This document shows positions 19,299 through 29,532 of a stretch of 64,000 nt of DNA, piece after piece. The stretch's first letter is position 1; the number at the start of each line of letters is the position of its first letter. The position numbers were made by a program, and so were the translations under genes. This DNA comes from a virus: the IMG/VR virus record IMGVR_UViG_3300025684_000011. The stretch is one strand, 5' to 3'. The notes under the pieces are model-generated. The model was not told where the DNA came from, searched no databases, and was given only the letters and a program-made list of their open reading frames with translations.

Positions 19299-21482
19299 TT
19301 ATGCCCTTGTAGGTGTATTTGGCGGATTATTTTCGCCAGTATGAGGATTTCCATGTTTATTTTGTAATGATGCAACTTGTGTTATAGTAGAACCAGGAGG
19401 TATTTTTCCTGTGTTTAAAAAGTAGCTTCTTTCGTACTGTGCTCGTTGTAATTTGTTAGGAGGAAGGTACTTTGATTGTAGTCTTTTACCAGTAGATGGC
19501 CCATTGCCCAAATCAGTTTTCCATTGGTCGTTTTGTGGTTGTCTTGCTCTTTTCTTTTGTACACTTTTAAAGTCAGCAGTAACTCCTTCGTTCATAAGTT
19601 CACTTGCACTTTTCTGAGCTCCTTGTACTTCGCCTGTTATTGCATATTTTGCTTCTGAGTTACGTTGAGTAGCATTTGGTGTATAATACGCATTTGCCCA
19701 TATAGTTGCAATATCTTTAGGTTGAGGTCTGCCATCACCACTTGCTTTTCCGCTATCTACTAATTGATCTGCCATTTTATAAGCATTACCTGGATTTCCA
19801 AAAGAAGCCATACACAATGCATCAAACATTGTTTGTGTAATACAAACTATGTCCTTACCAATCCTCTTAATTAGGCGGCGCCTTAGAGGAGGAGTCATAT
19901 GTCTATCAATAATTTGTCTACTTGCAATTCTTGCCTCTGCTTCACTTGGTCCATCAACTAGTGCTTGTTTTATACTTGCATCTAGTTTGCTTGCAGAGTT
20001 TTGTGGTCCCCAGATATCAACTCTAGTTCCATATCCAATACTATATCCTTGAAAATCTGCGTACATCATTCCTCTATATGCTTCTCTACTTTTCATCATA
20101 TTAAATGCTTTTTCGCTCATTACTGCTCCTTTTAAACTTAAAGGAGGCATACAAGAAACAGCATCAGCAGTTAATGGAATTCCTGTTTGTTGAGAAACTT
20201 GTTCTCCTTCAGCATTTAAAACTGGTTCCAATGATTCATAACTTGCTGGAGCTGGAACTACTGTAGGACTACCAGGAACACTTGCTAAAACTGCTTCAGG
20301 TGAGTCTGGACTTAACGTTCCAACTGGCAATGTAATTTTTTCACCACCTTCAAACTTTCCGTGTCCTGCCCAAGGCTCATGCTCCGGTACTCTAGCAGAT
20401 ACACTTTCTCCTACTAGTTCATTTACAATATGATTATGTACTTCAGGCTTGGTTGCCTTTGCCGCAACAGGTCCATTCATGTCAATTCTTTTTGCAGTTT
20501 CTTTATAAACTGCCGCTACATTGACATCCATTCCTGCTAGTGATGTTTGAAATAGCCCTTGACCAGCTGTAACATTATAACTCTGTCCTGTTTCAATTTT
20601 AGTGTTTTCTTTTGACTTCACGTTAATATCTTTGACTGCTTCTATATTAATATTTTTACCGGCATGCATATTAATATTCTCTTCTGCATGAAAAGATATG
20701 TCCTTTTGTGAGTACACATCAATGTTTCCTTCTTCGTCTAATTCTATCCAAGCAGTACCTTTTGCATTAATAATGTTAATATACCCGCCCTCTTCGTGCA
20801 TCTGTATTTGGTGCCCACTAGAAGTACGAAAACGTATTTGTCCGTCGAGTCCTTCTTCTCCGTCGTCTAACATAAGACTATGCTGATTAGGAGTTAGTAT
20901 ACCATATGCTAATCCAGGATGGCTTGAAGCATTTCTAAAAGGACCAGCATTAGTTTGACCTCTTCTTAAATCTTTATCAATTCCTTGTTCACTTAATCTA
21001 AAACTAGCAGGGTGTTCAGGCCTACGCATGATATTTTTATCTGAAACATTCCATCTATTTCTATCGCCAATTGGCCTTACTAAACCTTCGTGTGTGGCTC
21101 CTGACGCAATTCCTGGCAATGCATGTGTTTTGTCGTCATGTGGTACACATGCCCACCATACACCTAAGTTTTTATCTCCATTAATGAAAGAGCATATTAC
21201 AAACACATTTAAGTCTGGTGGAACATGCCATATACCATAGGCTCTATCTGTTTCTTCATAATCAACTGAACCTTTAATTGGCTTCTCTGCTTGGTGGTTT
21301 GTTGATCCAGCAAAAGGAGGACAATACTTTACTCTTCTCCAATGATCTGGATTATTTTCATCTCCAAGAAACTCTTTGATATAAACTTCAAGTACACCCA
21401 TGCCATAGGGGTCTGCATTGTTTTTAATTTTACCAAGATACACTCCTGTAAAACTTTCTAAATCATACGGTCCTGTTGACAT
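19299..21482 (-). CDS. gp5: Baseplate central spike, gp5/VgrG-like, with a C-terminal GH24-like lysozyme domain
   Basis: OB-fold N-terminus (DPYGMGVLEV...PPD), RTSSGHQI beta-helix repeats, then EAYRGMMYADFQGYSIGYG lysozyme-like motif. Confidence 0.8.
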   Translation of the reverse strand: MSTGPYDLESFTGVYLGKIKNNADPYGMGVLEVYIKEFLGDENNPDHWRRVKYCPPFAGSTNHQAEKPIKGSVDYEETDRAYGIWHVPPDLNVFVICSFINGDKNLGVWWACVPHDDKTHALPGIASGATHEGLVRPIGDRNRWNVSDKNIMRRPEHPASFRLSEQGIDKDLRRGQTNAGPFRNASSHPGLAYGILTPNQHSLMLDDGEEGLDGQIRFRTSSGHQIQMHEEGGYINIINAKGTAWIELDEEGNIDVYSQKDISFHAEENINMHAGKNINIEAVKDINVKSKENTKIETGQSYNVTAGQGLFQTSLAGMDVNVAAVYKETAKRIDMNGPVAAKATKPEVHNHIVNELVGESVSARVPEHEPWAGHGKFEGGEKITLPVGTLSPDSPEAVLASVPGSPTVVPAPASYESLEPVLNAEGEQVSQQTGIPLTADAVSCMPPLSLKGAVMSEKAFNMMKSREAYRGMMYADFQGYSIGYGTRVDIWGPQNSASKLDASIKQALVDGPSEAEARIASRQIIDRHMTPPLRRRLIKRIGKDIVCITQTMFDALCMASFGNPGNAYKMADQLVDSGKASGDGRPQPKDIATIWANAYYTPNATQRNSEAKYAITGEVQGAQKSASELMNEGVTADFKSVQKKRARQPQNDQWKTDLGNGPSTGKRLQSKYLPPNKLQRAQYERSYFLNTGKIPPGSTITQVASLQNKHGNPHTGENNPPNTPTRA

Positions 21483-21491
21483 ATTATACTC

Positions 21492-23567
21492 CTAACCTTT
21501 TCCTGCTTCGTTTGCTTTTTTAAACTTTGCATCTCTTTCTTTTTTGATCTTCTTCTGCATTGCTTCTTTTGCTTTTTGTCCTAAAAGAGGATCTTTTGTT
21601 CCTTTTAACTTTGATGTAAACTTTCCACCTGTAAATGTATGTACAGTTGAAAAAATCCTATATACACCCGTAATCAAATCTTCTTTGTCTAGGTCCATAA
21701 GGTCTTTGTCGTTTCTATCTGCACTTGGTACTCCGACTTCTAAGTAGACTGAATTATCTACATTTTGCCCAGCTGTTTTTGCTAAGTGTTCTTTTAGTGC
21801 TTCCTTGTAGTTTCCTATATTTTCGATATAAAAATTTATGTCATCTTGTACTGGTGCTTTTCCTTCTACTCCTGCTGGTGTTTGGTGTAGCCAAAACGGA
21901 TCTCCTAAAACATCAAAATCTAATGTCATTAAATCTCCATTACCTGCACTTGCACCAGCATGTAATTGTTTAAACAAATGTTTTGAAACAAACTCTGCTC
22001 TTTTGCCTTCTGATTGTGTATCTTTTGTTTTACCTTGTGTATTAGTTGGAGTAAACATAGTCTTATAGATATTTAACTGCGAAATATCTACGTCTGCTTC
22101 TGTTAAATCTTCAGCAAATCTAAAAGGAGCAAGTTTTTCATCTTGTATTCTTTTTAGTGTTGCTTCGTCTCTTCTTTTATTTTCAGCATTTTGTTTTCTT
22201 GCAACTTCTCTTAATTCCTTAGCTGATGGTTTCTTCTTTGTAGTTTTTGCTTGTGGAACAGAAAGGTCATTGATCATTGACAGAGGAATTCTCCAAAGGT
22301 TATTAAACTTAAGATCTAAGTTTAATATTTCAGTATTTTCTCCTGAATAAATCCACTTATATGCTTTTCTAATAAGTCCGTTTTCAATATAATCATCAAT
22401 CCTAGCAGATACATCATCTATAGATGAAGTCTGTTCTAATTCAGCAGGATCCATAAGATCTTTGGCTAAAGCCCTTGCACCTACGAATACTTCTACATCT
22501 ACTGCTTCTTTCATTCGTTTAGCATCAAATGAATCTTTGCCTTGTACAGTAACTCCTGTAACAACTAGTATTGACTTCTTTAACTTTTTAAGAGACTCTG
22601 GTTTTGGTTTTACACTTTCTTGGTCAAATGCATCATTTGTTAAATATTTTACAAGCTCTGGCGAAGTGCCAAACATTTGATGTATAAACCCTTGTATTGT
22701 TTCTCCTGGTGCTAGTGCAATATTACCATCCGTAAATATACTCATAAAAAAGCCTTCGCTTTTTGTTGCAATTAATTTTGAATCAAAGTCAAACTTTTTA
22801 TCTTTTATTGTTGGACAAACATAAAATTTATAAGTGTCTGCTTTTTCTTGTATTCCGTCTTTAACTAATTCTTTTTGGTACTTGTTTAATCCAGTTTCTA
22901 ATCTTGTAATAAGACCTTGTATATTATTCTGTTTACTATTGTCATTGTCTTTGTCAACAGATACACCTTTTTCTATTTTCAACACTTCTGTATTACTAGA
23001 AGAACCTAAGTTTGTTACCATCAGTAAACTATATGTTGTACCTCTTAAATCTAAACTCATTTCTAACTCAGTAATTGTAACATACCATTTATAAACCATT
23101 TCGTTACCTAATCCATCTTTGCATATAACTGGCATGTCATTTTCGTAGCCTTTGAAGTTTACCTCTAGCAAAAATATTGCTTCTTGAGAATTAGGATAGT
23201 TAAACGATCTTGCAGACTTTGCAATCATCTCTGGTAGTTTAGCACCCAAAGGTTCAGTTATTCCCATTTTAAATGTATGATCTATTGCAGACATATAAAA
23301 GGGTTGTGGGTGTCCAGGATTAGCTGTTGTTATTTCAAGTGATTCTAAGACAACTGAGCCAACCGATGCTGAGTCTAATATTTTAATCCCTCTTCCGTGA
23401 TTAAATGATCTTTCTTTTATTTTCAGTGTTCTTTCGTCACTAGGCATCATAGTTAATACTACATTATAGGTATAACTAGGATATGCTAATAAAGGATTAT
23501 CTCCTACCTCACTAGCAAGTTTTGGAGGAGCTTGAATTGACTCGGGTGCAAGTTTCGCTATGGCCAT
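21492..23567 (-). CDS. Baseplate hub protein (gp27-like position)
   Basis: 691 aa between gp53- and gp5-like genes; NPLLAYPSYTY, LGDPFWL and GVYRIFSTVHTFTGGKFTSKL hub-type C-terminus. Confidence 0.65.
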   Translation of the reverse strand: MAIAKLAPESIQAPPKLASEVGDNPLLAYPSYTYNVVLTMMPSDERTLKIKERSFNHGRGIKILDSASVGSVVLESLEITTANPGHPQPFYMSAIDHTFKMGITEPLGAKLPEMIAKSARSFNYPNSQEAIFLLEVNFKGYENDMPVICKDGLGNEMVYKWYVTITELEMSLDLRGTTYSLLMVTNLGSSSNTEVLKIEKGVSVDKDNDNSKQNNIQGLITRLETGLNKYQKELVKDGIQEKADTYKFYVCPTIKDKKFDFDSKLIATKSEGFFMSIFTDGNIALAPGETIQGFIHQMFGTSPELVKYLTNDAFDQESVKPKPESLKKLKKSILVVTGVTVQGKDSFDAKRMKEAVDVEVFVGARALAKDLMDPAELEQTSSIDDVSARIDDYIENGLIRKAYKWIYSGENTEILNLDLKFNNLWRIPLSMINDLSVPQAKTTKKKPSAKELREVARKQNAENKRRDEATLKRIQDEKLAPFRFAEDLTEADVDISQLNIYKTMFTPTNTQGKTKDTQSEGKRAEFVSKHLFKQLHAGASAGNGDLMTLDFDVLGDPFWLHQTPAGVEGKAPVQDDINFYIENIGNYKEALKEHLAKTAGQNVDNSVYLEVGVPSADRNDKDLMDLDKEDLITGVYRIFSTVHTFTGGKFTSKLKGTKDPLLGQKAKEAMQKKIKKERDAKFKKANEAGKG

Positions 23568-23568
23568 T

Positions 23569-23859
23569 TTAAATTCCGTCTGTGCTAGTAAGTACCTCTA
23601 GTACTGTTCCAGCTTTTAAATCTCTAATAGGATCAACAAGTGCATTTCTATTGAGCATTGCAATAGTCCACCAATACTTACTGTTACCATATAAATCATA
23701 ACTTAGTTTGTCTGGTCTATGTGCTTGAGCTGGTGTAACTATATGTTGTTGGGTTTCGGTCCCAGGTGATACTAAATCGTCGACTGTCTGTGCATTATAG
23801 ATGTCTAAGAAAAAGTCTTTAACTTTTGTATTTCCGTAATGTGCTTTGCCTGTTGCCAT
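23569..23859 (-). CDS. gp53: Baseplate protein, gp53/LysM-like
   Basis: HRPDKLSYDLYGNSKYWWTIAMLN motif. Confidence 0.8.
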   Translation of the reverse strand: MATGKAHYGNTKVKDFFLDIYNAQTVDDLVSPGTETQQHIVTPAQAHRPDKLSYDLYGNSKYWWTIAMLNRNALVDPIRDLKAGTVLEVLTSTDGI

Positions 23860-24458
23860 TAAATATATCCTTTGCCTAATAGTTTACCTGATGCAAAATC
23901 CTCTAACTTAAAGTCTTTAACTACTTCAAGTGGGCTAAGTTGAACAAGTAATGTTACGGAGATATCAAATAATACAGGTACTGTCTGAAATCCATCTGCC
24001 ATGCTTACTGTAATGTAATCTACGTCCTGTGGATAATCAAAAGAAAACGATTGTACTACAACTGGTGTATTATTATAAAGCCCGTAAGCATTTAGTCTTC
24101 CAATTGGAGGAGGCGTTCCTCTTGTTTCTTTTTCTTGTTTTCTGCCATAAAACATCATAGTAGATGTTCTTAACAAATGTATTGCATTTAATGCTCTGCG
24201 TCCTTCTTTTTCATCTCTACTAACAAAAGGTCCACTAATTGATATTGTAGGAACCTTTCTATTACCAAACGCACTTGGTTGATAATTTGTATGTTGTAAT
24301 TCAATAGTATTATAGTTAACTTCAATAGATTGTGTTATTCTCGGAGTATAGTCCCATTCAATAATATTAGTGTTAAAAGCCGCATTATCCGAAGTTGGTG
24401 TAACTTCGGGCTTTAGTGCTTTAAACGATAATTTTACTTTATCCGCAACTTGAGCCAT
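23859..24458 (-). CDS. Tail-tube initiator / baseplate protein (gp48/gp54-like)
   Basis: YTPRIT...GTPPPIGRLNAYG...PVVVQSFSFDYPQDVDY tube-initiator-type fold; position next to gp53. Confidence 0.6.
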   Translation of the reverse strand: MAQVADKVKLSFKALKPEVTPTSDNAAFNTNIIEWDYTPRITQSIEVNYNTIELQHTNYQPSAFGNRKVPTISISGPFVSRDEKEGRRALNAIHLLRTSTMMFYGRKQEKETRGTPPPIGRLNAYGLYNNTPVVVQSFSFDYPQDVDYITVSMADGFQTVPVLFDISVTLLVQLSPLEVVKDFKLEDFASGKLLGKGYI

Positions 24459-24459
24459 G

Positions 24460-25110
24460 TTATGTTAGCCTCCTGCTAAAAATACTAAGGATCTTTTTCT
24501 GTAAACCTTCGTCTGCGTTTGGGTATAGATCTTTTACAATTCTTTCTTGTTCCTCTGTACTTCCGCTTGCAAACATACTTCTAATCTCTGATGCACTTCC
24601 TGCTGTTTGCCCTGCAACTGTAAACTTATAATCTTTAACAGGATATATGTACCCATGTCCAGGGCGTTCTGTTCCTTCACCTTTGTCGTTTGTAAAAGGT
24701 TTCATCTTACCACCTGTATATTTTTGAAAATAAGAAGGCGAACCATTTTTTAATGGTGTGAACTGAAATCTAGGATCTTCTTGCATATCCTTTGATCCTA
24801 CTCCAAATACCATAACATCTGTGTTAGGATCAAGACCTAATGCAGTTGGTAGTACTTTTGGATTATAAGGAACCGGTTCTTCAATAACCTGGCTTGGATT
24901 AATACCCGTTGCTTGTATCATTGCTTTTTTCTCGTCAAAAGAAAAAGGACTCTTATTCGGCTCTACTTTGCCGCTAGAAGCGATATAAGTATTGTTAATG
25001 CCAAACTTAGACGCTAGTTCTTTATATGCAGAAGCATGTCCATGATGGAACGGATGAAACCTTCCACCATAAATGGCAATTACTTGGGGTTGCAAATCAC
25101 TAATTTTCAT
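24460..25110 (-). CDS. Cytidyltransferase-like (HxGH) nucleotidyltransferase
   Basis: IYGGRFHPFHHGH, SPFSFDEK and SASEIR motifs. Confidence 0.8.
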   Translation of the reverse strand: MKISDLQPQVIAIYGGRFHPFHHGHASAYKELASKFGINNTYIASSGKVEPNKSPFSFDEKKAMIQATGINPSQVIEEPVPYNPKVLPTALGLDPNTDVMVFGVGSKDMQEDPRFQFTPLKNGSPSYFQKYTGGKMKPFTNDKGEGTERPGHGYIYPVKDYKFTVAGQTAGSASEIRSMFASGSTEEQERIVKDLYPNADEGLQKKILSIFSRRLT

Positions 25111-25129
25111 GTTATAATATCTCCAACTA

Positions 25130-25140
25130 TATTTACCGTT
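25130..25140 (-). promoter_or_regulatory. Late promoter (AACGGTAAATA) for the baseplate operon
   Basis: TAAATA core resembles the T4 late consensus TATAAATA; the same 11-mer recurs at 41095 (+) and 57245 (-). Confidence 0.65.
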
Positions 25141-25164
25141 TTTATAAAGTGGGTAGATAACCTA

Positions 25165-25193
25165 TTGACAATAAGAACAATATTTGCTATACT
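25165..25193 (+). promoter_or_regulatory. Sigma70-type promoter for the gp55/recombination operon
   Basis: TTGACA (25165), 17 nt, TATACT (25188) with an extended TGn. Confidence 0.85.
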
Positions 25194-25213
25194 AATGAAA
25201 ATAAGGAATTAAT

Positions 25214-26182
25214 ATGACAACTAATCTAAAAAACGTATACTTAAAGAATAAAGACTTACTTCTTCAGATCCATAAAAGCAAACTTCAGTTTTGCTGGAAA
25301 GAAGATAAGAAATATAGTGATTATGATATCATTTTGCATGACCTAAAACATTTCCACAATCGCAAGACTATAGCATTTCCGGAAGGAGCTCTTAAGATTG
25401 CAAAGGCTACACGAGCCAAAAGATTTGCAGAAGCACTTCATAAAGAGGCTATTAAGCAATGGGAAGAAGAAGGAAAACGTCCTAGCAAGAAACCAAAAAT
25501 GGATCAATTTATGGTACCAACAAAATCTATTTCTAACGATGAAATAGTGGTTAGGCTCATGGATTGGGATCATATTCCAGAAGAACCAGGACGTAAGACT
25601 AATCCTAAAACACCTGCAGATTACAGAGCTAAAGTTAACTTTCCTCCTTTTAAACATTATGTTAAGGAAGACGGAGAGTGGAAAGAAGTAGTTCGTAGTC
25701 ATTGGAAAGGTGATTTAGAAACTGGCCACTTTAGTATTGATCATGGAAAGATTACTAATAGGCTTGGCGCAATGTTTCTAAAATTATGTGAACGTTATAG
25801 TTTACGAAGTAACTGGAGAGGATATAGTTATATTGACGAAATGAGAGGACAGGCTCTTATACAATTAACGCAGATTGCTTTACAATTTGATGAGAGCAAG
25901 AGTCAAAACCCGTTTGCTTATTATACTGCCGCTGTAACTAATAGTTTTACTCGAGTATTAAATGTTGAAAAGAGACAACGTGATATACGTGACGATTTAC
26001 TACAAGAAGCAGGGCAAACTCCAAGTTGGACCAGACAAGCAGAGCATATTGAAAAAGTAAAAGCAGAAGTTGAAAGAGCTCTTGCTTTAAAAGAAGCAGA
26101 TAGAGCAGAAAAAGAAAAAGAAGAAAAAGAACCATTATCAGAGATGATTGGACATAATAATCCACCACCAGAATTTCAGTAA
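25214..26182 (+). CDS. gp55: Late-transcription sigma factor, T4 gp55-like
   Basis: YLKNKDLL N-terminus; SNWRGYSYIDEM and FDESKSQNPFAYYT...NSFTRVLNVEKRQ; adjacent to gp47/gp46 as in T4. Confidence 0.85.
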   Translation: MTTNLKNVYLKNKDLLLQIHKSKLQFCWKEDKKYSDYDIILHDLKHFHNRKTIAFPEGALKIAKATRAKRFAEALHKEAIKQWEEEGKRPSKKPKMDQFMVPTKSISNDEIVVRLMDWDHIPEEPGRKTNPKTPADYRAKVNFPPFKHYVKEDGEWKEVVRSHWKGDLETGHFSIDHGKITNRLGAMFLKLCERYSLRSNWRGYSYIDEMRGQALIQLTQIALQFDESKSQNPFAYYTAAVTNSFTRVLNVEKRQRDIRDDLLQEAGQTPSWTRQAEHIEKVKAEVERALALKEADRAEKEKEEKEPLSEMIGHNNPPPEFQ

Positions 26183-26192
26183 GGAGTAATAA

Positions 26193-26576
26193 ATGACAAA
26201 TCCATTTGAAGACCAGGAACGTTTTATGTTAGCATGTGATCAAACTGTTGCAGAAGAAAACATTCCACAATACCAGCTATACCTTTCGTTAATTAACGAA
26301 GAAGCAAAGGAGTTAGTTGATGCAATTAAAGCCAGTGATAAACAGGAACAATTAGATGCCTTAATTGATATTCTTGTTGTTACAATTGGCGCAATCCATT
26401 CTATGGGAGCCGATGGTGAAGGTGCTTGGAGCGAAGTAATGTCTACAAACTTTGCCAAAATTGATGAAGTAACTGGTAAAGTTAATAAAAGAAGTGACGG
26501 TAAAATTCTTAAGCCAAAAGATTGGGAAGGCCCAAAATTGGAGCAATATTTACAAAGGAAACTCGAAGATGAATAG
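26193..26576 (+). CDS. MazG/HisE-like NTP pyrophosphohydrolase
   Basis: LINEEAKEL...LDALIDILVV...EVMSTNFAK...KRSDGKILKP. Confidence 0.8.
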   Translation: MTNPFEDQERFMLACDQTVAEENIPQYQLYLSLINEEAKELVDAIKASDKQEQLDALIDILVVTIGAIHSMGADGEGAWSEVMSTNFAKIDEVTGKVNKRSDGKILKPKDWEGPKLEQYLQRKLEDE

Positions 26577-26727
26577 AGCATTAGAACGACTCGAATATAA
26601 ACACAAAGTTCTTAAGAAACTTGTTGAGGGTGCAACAGGAGACCTTGTACAAAAACTAAAGAAAGAAAAACTTTTTATAAAAGATCAGTTAGTTAGAGCT
26701 AGACAACAAGCAAAAGAAGTGTTATAA
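26569..26727 (+). CDS. Small DUF465/YdcH-like coiled-coil protein
   Basis: MNRALERLEYKHKVL...LKKEKLFIKDQL; start reassigned to ATG at 26569. Confidence 0.55.
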   Translation: MNRALERLEYKHKVLKKLVEGATGDLVQKLKKEKLFIKDQLVRARQQAKEVL

Positions 26728-26733
26728 TATAGA

Positions 26734-27756
26734 ATGAATCAACCTTTTAAGAAAGCCGCATATTTTACGGATATTCATTTTGGTTTAAGAAATAACAGTC
26801 GAGCTCATAATGATGACTGTGAAAACTTTATCAAGTGGTTTGTAGAAGAAGCTCACAAAGAAGGATGCGAAACTTGTATCTTTGGTGGCGATTGGCATAA
26901 TAGCCGTAGTAATATTAATGTTAGTACACTTAATTATACTACCACAAATTTAGAATACTTGAGCCAAAACTTTGAAAATGTCTATGTGATTATGGGCAAT
27001 CATGACTTGGCTTATAGAGAAAAACGAGAAATTAATTCTCTGCCTTTTGGCGAATATTTGACAAATTTGCATATTATTAATGAAATTACTACTATTGGTG
27101 ACATGACTATTGTTCCTTGGTTAGTTGGTGAAGAATGGACAGAAATGAGAAATATACATTCTCGTTACATATTTGGACACTTTGAACTTCCTCGTTTTAA
27201 AATGAATGCTATGGTAGAGATGCCGGACCATGGAGGGCTAAATGGGGATCATTTTCCTAATCAGGAATTTGTATTCAGCGGACACTTTCATAAGAGGCAA
27301 AGAAGAGGAAATGTAATCTACACAGGTAATGCTTTCCCTCACAATTTTGCTGATGCAGGTGATGACGAAAGAGGCATGATGATACTTCCTTATGGTGGAG
27401 AGTATGTATTTAGACAGTGGCCAGATGCTCCTAAATTTAAAACTATGTCGTTGACACATGCAATTGACAACCATACACATTTGTTTGATCATACAACTTT
27501 TGCTCGTATTACTATTGATGTTGATATTAGTTACGAAGAAGCATCTTATATCAAAGAAAAGTGGTATAATGAATATGGAATGCGTGAATTATCTCTTATA
27601 CCAAATGCTAAGGAAGAACATTCTAAAGAATGGGATGGCGGAGAAATTAAATTTGAAAGTGTTGATGCTATTGTTCTAAATCAAATTCAATCTATTGATT
27701 CTGATGTAATAGATAGAAAGTTATTAACAGAAATATACCAAGGATTGAATAAATGA
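26734..27756 (+). CDS. gp47: Recombination nuclease, Mre11/SbcD (T4 gp47)
   Basis: Metallophosphoesterase motifs DIHFG, GGDWH, GNHD, GHFE and SGHFH. Confidence 0.9.
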   Translation: MNQPFKKAAYFTDIHFGLRNNSRAHNDDCENFIKWFVEEAHKEGCETCIFGGDWHNSRSNINVSTLNYTTTNLEYLSQNFENVYVIMGNHDLAYREKREINSLPFGEYLTNLHIINEITTIGDMTIVPWLVGEEWTEMRNIHSRYIFGHFELPRFKMNAMVEMPDHGGLNGDHFPNQEFVFSGHFHKRQRRGNVIYTGNAFPHNFADAGDDERGMMILPYGGEYVFRQWPDAPKFKTMSLTHAIDNHTHLFDHTTFARITIDVDISYEEASYIKEKWYNEYGMRELSLIPNAKEEHSKEWDGGEIKFESVDAIVLNQIQSIDSDVIDRKLLTEIYQGLNK

Positions 27757-29522
27757 TTATATTCAAGAATATTACAATAAAAAACTTTATGAGTGTTGGT
27801 AATGTTACTCAGGCACTAAACTTAGACAAAGATGGTTTGACTCTTGTACTAGGAAATAACTTAGATTTAGGTGGCGATGGAGCTCGTAATGGTGTTGGTA
27901 AAACAACTATTGTTAATGCTTTGTCTTTTGCACTTTATGGTGATGCATTAACTACAATCCGTAAACATAACCTAATTAACAAAACTAATGGCAAGAATAT
28001 GCTTGTTACATTAGAGTTTGAAAAGAACGGCGAAAAGTTTAAAATTGAACGTGGACGTAGTCCAAATGTCTTACGTTTTTATATTAACGATAGTAAGTTA
28101 GGTGATGTAACAGATGAAGGACAAGGCGAAAATAGAGTTACACAAAAAGAAATAGATAGGCTCATTGGCATGGGCAAAGAAATGTTCAAACACCTTGTTG
28201 CATTGAACACTTATACACAACCTTTCTTATCTTTACGGGCCAATGAACAACGAGAAATTATTGAAGAACTTCTCGGTATTACACAACTTAGTGAAAAAGC
28301 TGACATACTTAAAGAAGGTATTAGAAATACTAAAGATCTGGTTAAAGATGAAGAATCAAGGCATCGTGCATTAGAAGAAAGTAATGCTAGAGTTAAGTCT
28401 ACTATTGACGATTTAAAAAGACGTAGCAGGACATGGGCTAAGAAAAAAGATGCTGACTTAACTAATTTGTTGGCTGGTATTACAGAGTTAGAATCAACAG
28501 ATATTGATGCAGAACTTGCATCTCACAGGGCATTAGAAGTTTTTAAAGAAAACGATAGTCGCCTAAAGTTAGCCAATAAAGAACTTGCTTCTAGACAGAG
28601 TAATATTAATAAACTTAAGGAATCTCTTAAATTATCTGAAAATAATTTAGTATCTTTAAAGGATAATAAGTGCCATACTTGTGGTACTAAGTTACAAGAC
28701 GAAAAGCAAAAAACTTTAATAACAGAATCTAACAATATGCTAAATCAGATTAAAGATGCTCTTAAAGAAGAACATGGTCTTTTAGCACAAGCAGATATTG
28801 CTGTTCGAGATATTGGAGATATGGGTACAAGACCTAGTACAAAATATTTAAATATCGAAGAAGCAATTAAACACCAGAGTAATTTAGAAAACTTAAAAAG
28901 TATTCTGGTAAACAAGGAAGGAGAGGCAGATCCTTACCAGGAGCAAATAGAAGCTCTTGAAACTACTGCCCTTGCAGAAATATCATGGGAGAACATGAAT
29001 GAGTATACAAAACTGCAAGAACACCAAGAATTTTTGTTAAAATTGCTTACTAACAAGGACTCATTTGTCCGTAAACGCATTATCGAGCAGAATTTAGCAT
29101 ATTTGAACCACAGACTAGGTTATTACTTGGATAAGTTACAATTACCACATGAAGTGGAATTTAAAAGCGACTTAGAGGTTGACATTACTCAATTGGGTCA
29201 AACATTTGATTTTGACAACCTAAGCAGGGGAGAACGTAACAGGTTAATCTTAGCTCTAAGTTGGAGTTTTAGAGATGTGTATGAGAGTTTCACAGAACCT
29301 ATGAATTTATTGTTTATTGATGAATTAGTAGACTCAGGCATGGACCAAGTTGGTATTGAGTTATCAATGAGTGTCTTAAAGAAAATGGGCCGTGAAATGA
29401 AACGTAATGTCTTTTTAATCAGCCACCGAGACGAACTCGCTGGTCGTGTAAACAACGTACTAATGGTTGTTAAGCAAAATGGTTTTACCGAGCTTGACAA
29501 TTCTACTGAAATTATTTTATAA
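27753..29522 (+). CDS. gp46: Recombination ATPase, Rad50/SbcC (T4 gp46)
   Basis: Walker A NGVGKT, coiled coil, zinc hook CHTC, signature LSRGE, Walker B LFIDE. Confidence 0.92.
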   Translation: MIIFKNITIKNFMSVGNVTQALNLDKDGLTLVLGNNLDLGGDGARNGVGKTTIVNALSFALYGDALTTIRKHNLINKTNGKNMLVTLEFEKNGEKFKIERGRSPNVLRFYINDSKLGDVTDEGQGENRVTQKEIDRLIGMGKEMFKHLVALNTYTQPFLSLRANEQREIIEELLGITQLSEKADILKEGIRNTKDLVKDEESRHRALEESNARVKSTIDDLKRRSRTWAKKKDADLTNLLAGITELESTDIDAELASHRALEVFKENDSRLKLANKELASRQSNINKLKESLKLSENNLVSLKDNKCHTCGTKLQDEKQKTLITESNNMLNQIKDALKEEHGLLAQADIAVRDIGDMGTRPSTKYLNIEEAIKHQSNLENLKSILVNKEGEADPYQEQIEALETTALAEISWENMNEYTKLQEHQEFLLKLLTNKDSFVRKRIIEQNLAYLNHRLGYYLDKLQLPHEVEFKSDLEVDITQLGQTFDFDNLSRGERNRLILALSWSFRDVYESFTEPMNLLFIDELVDSGMDQVGIELSMSVLKKMGREMKRNVFLISHRDELAGRVNNVLMVVKQNGFTELDNSTEIIL

Positions 29523-29532
29523 GGAGAATAAT

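Noticed and set aside
6711-23094. Many plus-strand ORFs of 60-110 aa antisense to the baseplate genes
   Set aside because: Shadow ORFs caused by codon bias of the long minus-strand genes
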